The notes beneath the pieces were generated by a model. That model had not been told where the DNA came from, made no database searches, and worked only from the letters and a program-made list of their open reading frames with translations. A stretch of 63,371 nucleotides of DNA, the filler included, from Octopus bimaculoides (lineage: Eukaryota): the NCBI RefSeq assembly GCF_001194135.2. It is 6 parts of 5 records of this genome, joined end to end, with 100 filler letters (N's around TTAATTAATTAA, not from the genome) between each part and the next. Parts side by side here need not be neighbours in the genome. Positions count along the whole stretch, not along the records: positions 48,645 to 56,486 come from NC_068987.1; positions 56,587 to 62,115 come from NC_068984.1; positions 62,216 to 63,371 come from NC_068986.1; 3 more parts are not named here. The stretch is one strand, 5' to 3'. The translations under genes were made by a program, and so were the position numbers. The first letter of the stretch is position 1; every line of letters begins with the position of its first letter. Positions 51,865 through 63,371 of this stretch are shown here, in pieces.

Positions 51865-53935
51865 ATAAGAGCTTCTGGGTAACAACAATGTTTTCTGCTT
51901 TGGAGCATAGAAAAATAAGTCTTGCAAACCATCAACCCTAGAACAATCAACATAAAGATGACCATGAGAAAAGCAAGGCCCAGTTAAGTACAAGCCAGTA
52001 GACATTGCGAAGCAAAGTTGCACTGGTAATTATGTTCCTTTGAACTCAAATGGCATGTCTGTTGGTTTGATTGGAATTCTTGGAATGAAAACCTCTTCCC
52101 CAGAAGCACATCCAGTGAGGATAGTAGTTTCTACCACACTAGGTGATAATGTCTTCACAATCAACCTTGTCCCATTGCATAATTTAGGAAGATCTAAATT
52201 TCTTAGAAGCATTATTAGGACTCCTATCTTCACAAAAGTTTATGTGGAGGAGTTCCAGGTGGCTCAAAAGAATTAAGGAACTCTGTTGGGCAATGGACAG
52301 CTTGATTTTGATCAAGGACTGAATCAACTGATTTGTACTCCTTAATGACTGTTGCAATCTTATTAATTAGTTCATGGTTAATACTGTTTCATTTTTTGGA
52401 GCAAGAATTGCCCTTTCACACAACCATTTATGTGAATTATAATCATTAATTAAGTCTGGAAATACACTGTTCTTCAATTCAGCTGGGGAATTCACCAAGA
52501 TAGCAATACGAGCCAAATTGATATGACCATTCCCATCAAATGGTACTTTTCTATTTCCTAATTGGAAGAGCTAGGTTGAAAACTGTTCTGCACATTGGTC
52601 CCCATGTAATAAAGCTCGCACGTTAGTATTGAAGGAGAATTTCTGTACTTTATTCCATAGGTTTGAAGACTTAATGTGTGCTTTTATTTCATCAGATCTT
52701 GTTCGTCTCGGAATAACTGGTAATGTCTGTCTGAAGTCTCCTGAAAAAACTAATGTAACTCCTCTCATAGATATATTGTTGCCTCTTATGTCCTGTAAGG
52801 TTTTATCAAGAGCTTCCATTGCACCTCTATGTGACATGGTGCATTCATTCCAAATGACCAGGTGGCATTGGCGCAACACTTCTGCTGAACCTGAACTTTT
52901 GCTTGTGTTACAAATTAGACTGTCATTTGTGTCCAGGTTTAGCGGTAATTTAAAAGCGGAATGAGCTGTTCGTCCTCCTGGGAGAATAGTGGAAGCAATG
53001 CCAGACGATGCTACAGCAACTGCCATTTTTTTCTTTTGTTGCTTTACCTTGAAGAGAAGCAATGTTGTTACAAATGTTTTACCTGTGCCACCAGGTGCAC
53101 CAAGAAAGAAAATTCCTCCGTTTTTTTCTCTGACTGACGAAATAATTTTATGATAGCAATTTCGTTGCTCTGGAAGAAGTTTAGGTTCATGTTCATTCAC
53201 AAATGCAGCCAATTCTGTGATGTCATAATTTGTCTCTCTTGCTCTGTCTATCGAAGTTAAATCACTAACTATACGGTTTGTTTTTGGCAGTCCAGAGCCA
53301 GACTCTTGCAAATTTTTGCTCCCATGGCCAAAACTTCATCATCAATTTCAATCAGTGCTTGGTTAAAAATTGTCTCAGAGAACTGAATATTGCTATCTGG
53401 TTTTGCCTGTTGAACTGCATACTCAGTGCTCAGCATGTCCTCACGATGTTTCATCCAAAGCTGTAGGGCACTGCCAAGTTGACACATGTTCAGTATAATT
53501 GAAAAAAGATTATGGAGTTTCCTTGGAGAAACTGATACTAATGCTTCAGTCAATGCAAGGTCTCAATGCTCATCATTTTCTAAAAAGACCTTGTTGATAG
53601 CATGCTTCCCTATAAGTTTCACGCACATGACCTTTTACCCTCCTCAAATCTTGGAATGATTTGGGACCACGTACTTCATGGAAAAGGAGCCGTAAGTAGT
53701 AGCATTCTGCTTGACTTGGGTGGACACAGCCTATTTGGTACTGATGCATCTTCCTTTGCAATACTGCGCAACTTCGTCATTTTTATTTATCTGCTGACTG
53801 CCATTCTGCATAAGAGTGTATATTGCAGCATCTAAACCTTTGTTTATATATTTGCAAGCACACTTAACAGAGATAACAGAGTTGAAGAAGTCAACAGTGA
53901 CTCTGGCTACTTGTATTCGTCTTTGCTTCACGGTA
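51865..53935 (-). pseudogene. Helitron Rep/PIF1-helicase remnant
   Basis: KYINKGLDAA, YYLRLL..VRGPKSF, Walker A GAPGGTGKT, GGRTAHSAFKLP, SGDFRQTLPVIP, LLRNLDLPKLCNGTRL, IPRI; stops and deletions. Confidence 0.93.
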
Positions 53936-54236
53936 GAATACTGATCATCTACACTTTAGGAAACTATTTTGAAAATTAAAATGGGGATTAAATGAAAAAA
54001 TGAGTTACGTGAATATCTTCACAACAGTGATTGAAATAAATGGTGATTGTGGAACGCCGCACACGCACCCCACCCCCCACAGACACTGTATCAAACATCA
54101 GATGAAATAGTGGTGTATGTGTGTGAGAGAGAGTGAAGAGGTGTGCTGTCATGTATACGTCATGCATAAATAAAGATGCATGCATCTTTTTTGCATGTGT
54201 GTGTGAGAGAGAGAGTAAGTGCCACTTAGACATCAC

Positions 54237-54355
<119 letters not shown>

Positions 54356-55097
54356 TACGTACAAGAAAGATGTATGCATATGTATTTATGTTTGTACATA
54401 TACATGACAGCACACCTCTTCACTTTCTCTCTCTTTCTCTCACACACACATACATAAATTTATACAAATGTACATACAAAAAAACACGTGTGCGTGTGTG
54501 ACTGACTACCAATACATAGAGCTGAACACAGCACGCAAAAAGTAAATAAATAAAAAAAAAACTTTTTGCAGAAATTAACGAAGTGTGCGGGTTCAAGCGA
54601 AATTTGTAAACTTAGTAAATATTTCTTCCAGTAATTTATCATAGTTGTTTGCAAATAGCAAATTAAAACTTGAAATGAAAACATTAAAATAGAGAGTGAG
54701 AGGTTTCGCAAATGAGAGCGGAAAATTTCGCCGTTGCTACGTCAATACTGGAAGTTAACATTCAGAAACCTTTTTCAGGAAGTGAATCACACATATAAAG
54801 CAATATTATTTATTTTTAATAAAAAATAATCGGAAGAGCTTATTATGTATCCGAGGTCAAATTATTCATGCATCCCACGTATGGAAGCAATTCGTGTCAA
54901 AAGCGAATACACACACACACACACACACACAAACGCACACACACACACACAAACGCACACACACATAGATAAATGTATACAAACATACATACAAAAAACA
55001 CGTGTTCATATGTGACTGACTACAAATACATAGAGCTGAACACGGAATGCGAAAAAAACATAAATGAAAATTATTTACGAAATTAACGAACAATAAT

Positions 55098-55311
55098 CCT
55101 TTCTACAAAAGGCACAAAGCCTGAACTTTCGGAGGAGGGGACTAGTCAATTACATCGACCCCGGTGTTTCACTGGTACTTGTTTTATCGACCCTGAAAGG
55201 ATGAAAGGCAAGTCGACCTCGGCGGAATTTGAACTCAGAATGTAGCGGCGGACGAAATACCACTAGGCATTTCGCCCGGAGTGCTAACGATTCTGCCAGC
55301 TCGCCGCCTTC
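55098..55311 (-). mobile_element. tRNA-type SINE (family B) with 18-bp TSD
   Basis: TSD aaattaacgaacaataat at 55080-55097 and 55312-55329; A-box-like tggcagaatcg, B-box gttcaaattcc, core gcctttcatcctttcagggtcgataaa. Confidence 0.9.
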
Positions 55312-55904
55312 AAATTAACGAACAATAATGACAAGTCCGTGGGTGAAAAGGAAGGATGGCCCATTTTCTATGTTATGAAGAGGGATACTTATGAAGGTAT
55401 ACCATTTTTTGATGGTAAATAAGTCTAAATACTTTTTCCTTAATTTTGCAGGCAATATCTCCCGCTCCACTTGATTGCTTCAGGTGTTTTCTGCCTTTCT
55501 ATCAACACCAAAATTAATTTCTCTTCCAAAGAGAGAATGACATCTCTTTCTTTCAATTTTTCATTAGAATGTATGGAGACACTATGTTGTCTCAAAAATC
55601 TTAAAACTTTACTAACTTGATCGATCTGTGACAAAACCTGGATTTAATTCCATTTTATACAAAACTTTGCTATCAGTTATATATATAATTGCAAACATGG
55701 TCTTTAAAGATAACTTATTTTAAAACAATATTTATGTGTACATTTTCATGAATGTTTCTCTTGTGTGATCACCCCTACAAATACGCGGACACAGCTCTTG
55801 GAGGCTTAACAATCATGGCTGAAGTCCAATTTTGAAAGTATTGTTCAAGTTTCTCTTATTTTGGAATTAAGAAAGGCATCGAAAAATAACAATAACTTAC
55901 AGTT

Positions 55905-56085
55905 CTATACTTAAGAGATGAGGAATTATGTACATTATTTACATTATTTACATTCGACGGATATTTGTCCTCATCTTGTTTGTTGTTAACACAACGTTTC
56001 GGCTGATATGCGCCTCCAGCCTTCTTCAGGTGTCTTGGAGAAATTTCGAACCTGGGTTCTCATTCCTAAGGTATTTTTCGATGTT
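55905..56085 (-). mobile_element. Penelope-like element terminal fragment
   Basis: Carries the hammerhead at 55988-56034; same sequence as 17544-17729; abuts an (ATT)n array. Confidence 0.65.
55988..56034 (-). ncRNA. Type I hammerhead ribozyme in a Penelope-like terminus
   Basis: Minus strand: gacac-CTGAAGA-a-ggctg..cagcc-GAAAC-GTT-gtgtt; stem I gacac/gtgtt, stem II 5 bp, palindromic ACGT stem III. Confidence 0.75.
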
Positions 56086-56086
56086 A

Positions 56087-56133
<47 letters not shown>

Positions 56134-56134
56134 T

Positions 56135-56486
56135 ATTGCCTTTGCACAGCTTCTAACGCTGGAGATGTACTACAGTGTCAGCTGTTCACTACCAGTGAAC
56201 TAAGGTAACAATCTTATTTTTCGAGCACCTTTCGGAGTATTCGAGCGGTTCCAAGCAGTGCTGTTTTTTGCAAGTGCTTCACTCTTATTGCAGCCCCTAT
56301 TTGTTCCACGTACTTCTCGAGATTTTTGCTCACTGTTCCCAGGGCTCTGACAATTATTGGTACTACTGCTACAACTGCTTAACTTTCCAAGCTAACCTGT
56401 CATATCTCTCGACTTTTCTTTCTTCCTTATCGCATACCTTGTTGTCAGCTGGGCATGCTATATCTTTGATCCAGCATAGTTTGTTT
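56135..56486 (-). mobile_element. R4/Dong-like RLE endonuclease domain and 3' end
   Basis: CWIKDIACPADNKVCDKEERKVERY..VVPIIVRALGTV..LQKTALLGTARILRKVLEK*; 3' end runs into (TAA)n. Confidence 0.85.
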
Positions 56487-56586
56487 NNNNNNNNNNNNNN
56501 NNNNNNNNNNNNNNNNNNNNNNNNNNNNNNTTAATTAATTAANNNNNNNNNNNNNNNNNNNNNNNNNNNNNNNNNNNNNNNNNNNN

Positions 56587-56619
<33 letters not shown>

Positions 56620-59395
56620 TCTGAGATTCCCGAGAGATGGCGGCACTGAACGAACTGGATGTTTTCACACCTTTTTACCATACCAGAGATTTTTCTACAC
56701 GGTAACTTCAGTGTATTTGCCTTTAGCAGTTGAAATATGCGACACACATATTTCAACTAACCTAAACTCTGCCCGTTCCTAAATACTGCTTTGCACCTAT
56801 GCTCCGTTAATTAATTTGATCTACTAGCGCAAATCAATCAACGTGCTGACTGAATTATATATAAAGCTATAGCTTTATTAATAAAAGAGGGACAACTTTA
56901 TTAAGTTGTCCTGCTTGGGTACATCTCATTAACAAGAGTCAAACATATCGAAACGTCGTAGTCTGAGATTTCCGAGAGATGGAGATACTGACCAAATTGG
57001 ATTTTTTGACACCATCTTACCATACAATAGTTCTTTTTTCTCCCCAGTAACTGCAGTGTATTTGCCTTTTGCAGCTGAAATATGTGACATACATATTTCA
57101 ACTAACCTATATATATATATATGTGTGTGCGGATAGTGGTGAGGGGATATCCACGTAGGATGAAGTGGCGAGCCATATATATATATATATATATATANNN
57201 NNNNNNNNNNNNNNNNNNNNNNNNNNNNNNNNNNNNNNNNNNNNNNNNNNNNNNNNNNNNNNNNNNNNNNNNNNNNNNNNNNNNNNNNNNNNNNNNNNNN
57301 NNNNNNNNNNNNNNNNNNNNNNNNNNNNNNNNNNNNNNNNNNNNNNNNNNNNNNNNNNNNNNNNNNNNNNNNNNNNNNNNNNNNNNNNNNNNNNNNNNNN
57401 NNNNNNNNNNNNNNNNNNNNNNNNNNNNNNNNNNNNNNNNNNNNNNNNNNNNNNNNNNNNNNNNNNNNNNNNNNNNNNNNNNNNNNNNNNNNNNNNNNNN
57501 NNNNNNNNNNNNNNNNNNNNNNNNNNNNNNNNNNNNNNNNNNNNNNNNNNNNNNNNNNNNNNNNNNNNNNNNNNNNNNNNNNNNNNNNNNNNNNNNNNNN
57601 NNNNNNNNNNNNNNNNNNNNNNNNNNNNNNNNNNNNNNNNNNNNNNNNNNNNNNNNNNNNNNNNNNNNNNNNNNNNNNNNNNNNNNNNNNNNNNNNNNNN
57701 NNNNNNNNNNNNNNNNNNNNNNNNTATATATATATATATGTGTGTGTATATATATATATATATACACGCACACACACACTCACATGTGTATATATAACTT
57801 TATATTAAACTGAGGCTTTACTCAGTTGTTAACAAGTATTCACAATGACTTCGGAGCTGTGGCTTTGTAATCTATCATCTGACTGTGGTACATTTTTGTT
57901 AATGTTGGCTTTATATAGTCTCGATTAAGTTAAACGTTTCTGGTTTAGGGGAATTATAATAAGGCTGTGTGGTGGTGTGCGAGGGAAAGATATTAGGGAA
58001 AAGTTTTATCGATTAAATTTGAGGTTGTGTTACTTTTCAGAATTTATTCATACATTTAGAACTTTACAATCAGGTGTGTTTATTTAGGTGAGTCAGTTTT
58101 AGGCCAAGTGATTGTTTGTAGGGGTTCTCAAAAGTGTGAAAGCAGGTTTAAGAGGTCAGTTGGTCAATAGATGTGTCAATGGGTTTAGATGGTGTTAGTT
58201 TTTATTTGGATATGAAAGGGAAATTTTACGTTTTGTATTGATAATGCGCTGAGAAGTGTGTTTGTTTAGATGTGTCAGAGTTTTAAATATCCTCAAAAGA
58301 ATGTTAGTAGATGGTAAACTCCGTCGATATGCAAATTTATTTTGTTGGTGCTATTTTGGAGATATCACCTTTTTGTTTTGGGAAGGTAGACGATATCAAT
58401 CTAGCATATCATGATGCTTTTGTAAAGATTTAGATATTTTATAATATATATTTTCGACTCATCCGTATGTGCAAAAGTGGGGCCTTGTACATAAGTATGC
58501 ACCTAATTATGTATAACAATAGACTTCGAAATGAAAATAAAAATGAAAAAAAAGAAATTCCGAAGGCAAATCTTCCACATTCTTTGTATGTGTATATACA
58601 TACATACATACATATATACATAAATATATATATACATATGTATGTATATATATATATATANNNNNNNNNNNNNNNNNNNNNNNNNNNNNNNNNNNNNNNN
58701 NNNNNNNNNNNNNNNNNNNNNNNNNNNNNNNNNNNNNNNNNNNNNNNNNNNNNNNNNNNNNNNNNNNNNNNNNNNNNNNNNNNNNNNNNNNNNNNNNNNN
58801 NNNNNNNNNNNNNNNNNNNNNNNNNNNNNNNNNNNNNNNNNNNNNNNNNNNNNNNNNNNNNNNNNNNNNNNNNNNNNNNNNNNNNNNNNNNNNNNNNNNN
58901 NNNNNNNNNNNNNNNNNNNNNNNNNNNNNNNNNNNNNNNNNNNNNNNNNNNNNNNNNNNNNNNNNNNNNNNNNNNNNNNNNNNNNNNNNNNNNNNNNNNN
59001 NNNNNNNNNNNNNNNNNNNNNNNNNNNNNNNNNNNNNNNNNNNNNNNNNNNNNNNNNNNNNNNNNNNNNNNNNNNNNNNNNNNNNNNNNNNNNNNNNNNN
59101 NNNNNNNNNNNNNNNNNNNNNNNNNNNNNNNNNNNNNNNNNNNNNNNNNNNNNNNNNNNNNNNNNNNNNNNNNNNNNNNNNNNNNNNNNNNNNNNNNNNN
59201 NNNNNNNNNNNNNNNNNNNNNNNNNNNNNNNNNNNNNNNNNNNNNNNNNNNNNNNNNNNNNNNNNNNNNNNNNNNNNNNNNNNNNNNNNNNNNNNNNNNN
59301 NNNNNNNNNNNNNNNNNNNNNNNNNNNNNNNNNNNNNNNNNNNNNNNNNNNNNNNNNNNNNNNNNNNNNNNNNNNNNNNNNNNNNNNNNNNNNNN

Positions 59396-59440
<45 letters not shown>

Positions 59441-60505
59441 GATATATATCCATATATATACATACATATATATATGTGTGTGTGAGTGTGGGTGTGCGTG
59501 TGGGTGTGTATAATAGCAATAGTTATAACAATATAGAAAATTGAGACTGGTAGATATTCGAAATTTATTTCCTTTCACTTTACGATTTCATACAGCATAT
59601 TTTTTTTAATGGTTGTAATAACAATAAAGCCATGCGATATGAAATTGTATAATAAAAGGAAATAAATTTCGAAGATGTACCAGCCTCCATTTTCCCTATC
59701 AGTAGTTCTCAAACTTTTTCAGGTTGATTCACCCTTGGCACCCGTGCTATATTCTTAGCGCCAGCCCCCTTCCCAGCACTCACCATCATACACATAGACC
59801 ACAGAAAATTCAAAACAACTTCATTTCACATATAAATCTTAACCTAGTTAACCCATTACTTGAGTTTTTTTACATCCACTGCCCCCTTTTGTTAACCCGA
59901 TTATTTTATGTGCAACAGTCTAACCACTTTGGCATATATATGTGTGCGTGTGTTTGCGTGTGTGTGCGTGTGTGTGTATTTGTGTGTGTGTTTGTGCGCT
60001 GGTGTACGTATATGTATATATGCGTGAGCCAGTATGCACTTAGAAAGGCTGTTGTGAGAATTTAGGTTGAAAGTTGGGAAAATGTTAAATAATTTCTACA
60101 GTAGCTGTTTAATGTAACCAGGTAATGATTGTGTTTATGTGTATAATAAGGACAGTTTGTGATGCAGGCGGGTATGTGTGTGAAAATGGAGTAAGATATT
60201 TTCTAGTTTAGCCGTTAGAAAAAAAGATGTATTTGTTTGAACTGCAGAAGTGTTTTGAAGATCTTGAGTTCGCAGGAAGCGCCTAAATCAGAGTTTCCGT
60301 TCAGAATTTGATTCCTGAAAATGAGAATCGAATCTTAAACCTAAACGGCTTCGAGTTCCTCAAACTTTACACTTTTGCAAATCAAAGCAATGAGAAACCG
60401 TTGAAGTGTATCCATTTAGATATGAATAAATCTCCATACTCTCTGGGCACTTTTAACTTCATTTATTTCTTCTATACTCATTCTTGAATGGATTCGTAAT
60501 GATAT

Positions 60506-60578
<73 letters not shown>

Positions 60579-61552
60579 NNNNNNNNNNNNNNNNNNNNNN
60601 NNNNNNNNNNNNNNNNNNNNNNNNNNNNNNNNNNNNNNNNNNNNNNNNNNNNNNNNNNNNNNNNNNNNNNNNNNNNNNNNNNNNNNNNNNNNNNNNNNNN
60701 NNNNNNNNNNNNNNNNNNNNNNNNNNNNNNNNNNNNNNNNNNNNNNNNNNNNNNNNNNNNNNNNNNNNNNNNNNNNNNNNNNNNNNNNNNNNNNNNNNNN
60801 NNNNNNNNNNNNNNNNNNNNNNNNNNNNNNNNNNNNNNNNNNNNNNNNNNNNNNNNNNNNNNNNNNNNNNNNNNNNNNNNNNNNNNNNNNNNNNNNNNNN
60901 NNNNNNNNNNNNNNNNNNNNNNNNNNNNNNNNNNNNNNNNNNNNNNNNNNNNNNNNNNNNNNNNNNNNNNNNNNNNNNNNNNNNNNNNNNNNNNNNNNNN
61001 NNNNNNNNNNNNNNNNNNNNNNNNNNNNNNNNNNNNNNNNNNNNNNNNNNNNNNNNNNNNNNNNNNNNNNNNNNNNNNNNNNNNNNNNNNNNNNNNNNNN
61101 NNNNNNNNNNNNNNNNNNNNNNNNNNNNNNNNNNNNNNNNNNNNNNNNNNNNNNNNNNNNNNNNNNNNNNNNNNNNNNNNNNNNNNNNNNNNNNNNNNNN
61201 NNNNNNNNNNNNNNNNNNNNNNNNNNNNNNNNNNNNNNNNNNNNNNNNNNNNNNNNNNNNNNNNNNNNNNNNNNNNNNNNNNNNNNNNNNNNNNNNNNNN
61301 NNNNNNNNNNNNNNNNNNNNNNNNNNNNNNNNNNNNNNNNNNNNNNNNNNNNNNNNNNNNNNNNNNNNNNNNNNNNNNNNNNNNNNNNNNNNNNNNNNNN
61401 NNNNNNNNNNNNNNNNNNNNNNNNNNNNNNNNNNNNNNNNNNNNNNNNNNNNNNNNNNNNNNNNNNNNNNNNNNNNNNNNNNNNNNNNNNNNNNNNNNNN
61501 NNNNNNNNNNNNNNNNNNNNNNNNNNNNNNNNNNNNNNNNNNNNNNNNNNNN

Positions 61553-61585
<33 letters not shown>

Positions 61586-62215
61586 ATATACATATACATC
61601 TTGTCCTTTCATTGTTTTTCTCTTTGACCCTGTAAAAAAAAGTGTGTTAGTGTCGTGGAGATTCTTACAATAGTAGAAAAGGAATTTTTAAGTCCTATTT
61701 CTAAATTTGGTATGTGGTGAAGCAATTAGCTCACCTCTAATTATAATTATGTTTATGATTATAGAATATTTGTATACATATGTGTGTATATATATATATT
61801 TTATTATTTATTTTACTGTTTATTTGTTTCAGCCATTTGACTGCGGCCATGATGGAGCACCGCCTTTGGTCGAACAAATAGATCCCAGGACTTATTATTT
61901 TTAAGCTTAGTACTTCTTCTATCGAACTCTATTGCCGAACTGCTAAGTTACGGGGACGTAAACACACCAACATTGGTTGTCAAGCGATGCTGCGGGAACA
62001 AACAAAGACACACAAACATACACACAGACTCACACACACACACACATATATATATACACATATATATATATATATATGTATATATATGTATGTATGTATG
62101 TATGTATAAAGAAAGNNNNNNNNNNNNNNNNNNNNNNNNNNNNNNNNNNNNNNNNNNNNTTAATTAATTAANNNNNNNNNNNNNNNNNNNNNNNNNNNNN
62201 NNNNNNNNNNNNNNN

Positions 62216-62252
<37 letters not shown>

Positions 62253-62544
62253 GATAAATTGAATATTAATTCAATTTAAAACCAAGTGGCCTAGCATATA
62301 AAAAATCTGAAAATTCAGAAAAAATTGTATTACACGTGTATAAGGGATGACCACTAGGTGGACATCCAATATGCTAGAAAGAGGTCATCAATAACCAACC
62401 ACAAAGAAAAATAATGTTCTCCAGAAAAATTTCGCAGAACGTCAGAACAGGACAAAATGAGAAATATACAGAATAAAGAATTATCTATGGACTACTACAG
62501 TTTCGAACATTAACGTTTTACTTACGTAACATCCGTGTTCTCAT

Positions 62545-62886
62545 ATATATATATACTTAGTTGTGATCTGAACTGACTTAGTTGTGATCTGAACAGAACC
62601 GCTTCTGTCACAGAGAATCGGGAGCCCTTTTGGTTATTTTATTTTCCTTGCTGGAAGGGTTCCTAACCCATAGGCAAAGAGGGGTTAGATGATGGCGGGG
62701 TGTCTTCAAAGGGCTGGCATGTGTAACCTGATCACATCTGCCGATCAAAGTCCCAACCCATCCGCTCCAGTTGCAACACTGATTCTGCCCAAATTTGACG
62801 ACATGTTACTTAGTTTGGTTTGAAATAAAGAACTTGATTAGCTTAACCCCAACTTAATCCCGGGCAATGCCGGGCTATACTGCTAG
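62545..62886 (+). mobile_element. Probable non-autonomous Helitron
   Basis: 3' GC hairpin cccgggcaatgccggg (62859-62874) then CTAG|T at 62883-62887; 5' end placed at the (TA)n start and uncertain; 21-bp tandem duplication at 62555-62594. Confidence 0.6.
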
Positions 62887-62902
62887 TAATAATAATAATA
62901 AT

Positions 62903-63286
62903 ATGAAGTGCAGAATTAGTAACACTACCGATAGCGACTAATGCCGAACCAATTATATGATGTGCAGAACTGATAGCAACAAATGCAGAATGTGTGGTAA
63001 GAGGGGTGAAACGGTATGACACATCGTTAGTGAATGTCTGAAATTGGTACAACGCGTATACAAACGACGTCATGACCATGTGGCAAGAATGATCCATTGG
63101 GAGCTGTGTGGAAATCACAGCCTAGAAAGAGTAAAGACGTGGTATGAACAAACCCCAGAAGAAATATCAGCACCGGAACTGCAAGAATTCTTTGCAGGGT
63201 TCTTGAAGCATGACCAGTGAACAAGTGCCTCCTTAGTCTACTGACACTTTCCATCATACCCAGCAAAATAAGCTGTGAGTTTTCAT
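62903..63286 (+). mobile_element. R4/Dong-like fragment, internally deleted
   Basis: CRMCGKRGETV*HIVSECLKLVQRVYKRRHDHVARMIHWELC..WYEQTP joined to GTARILCRVLEA*; (TAA)n on both sides. Confidence 0.85.
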
Positions 63287-63313
63287 ATAATAATAATGAT
63301 GATAATGATGATG

Positions 63314-63371
<58 letters not shown>

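Noticed and set aside
56945-56960. GAAACGTC half-hammerhead; also lone CTGAAGA/CTGATGA hits near 5377, 26180, 39035, 42832, 45777
   Set aside because: The complementary half-core or stems are missing
57820-58440. Possible Penelope RT/GIY-YIG linker remnant (NLIDKTFP-like)
   Set aside because: Too decayed to support beyond one short motif

Overview
Eukaryotic, AT-rich, microsatellite-dense genomic DNA with many N gaps. The repeat families look like those of Octopus; this assignment is an inference from pattern recognition and was not searched. Most long ORFs in the supplied track are artefacts of microsatellites or N runs. Main content: (1) a 13-exon minus-strand gene (44696 to 34269) not visible in the ORF track, reconstructed by hand from AG/GT sites with consistent intron phases. 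It gives 515 codons so far, with a signal peptide and two tandem ependymin/LolA-like repeats. Exon 3 carries one in-frame TAA, and the 3' end is unresolved. (2) Eight type I hammerhead-ribozyme motifs (intact, variant or truncated) in Penelope-like remnants from several sequence families. (3) Four R4/Dong-like retrotransposon fragments, all next to (TAA)n arrays. (4) Decayed DNA transposons (mariner DD34D, mariner MITE, maT DD37D, Merlin, hAT, Helitron), RTE LINE fragments and many modular tRNA-type SINEs. All coordinates were indexed by eye; the edges of repeat elements may be off by a few bases. No rRNA, tRNA gene or CRISPR array was found.
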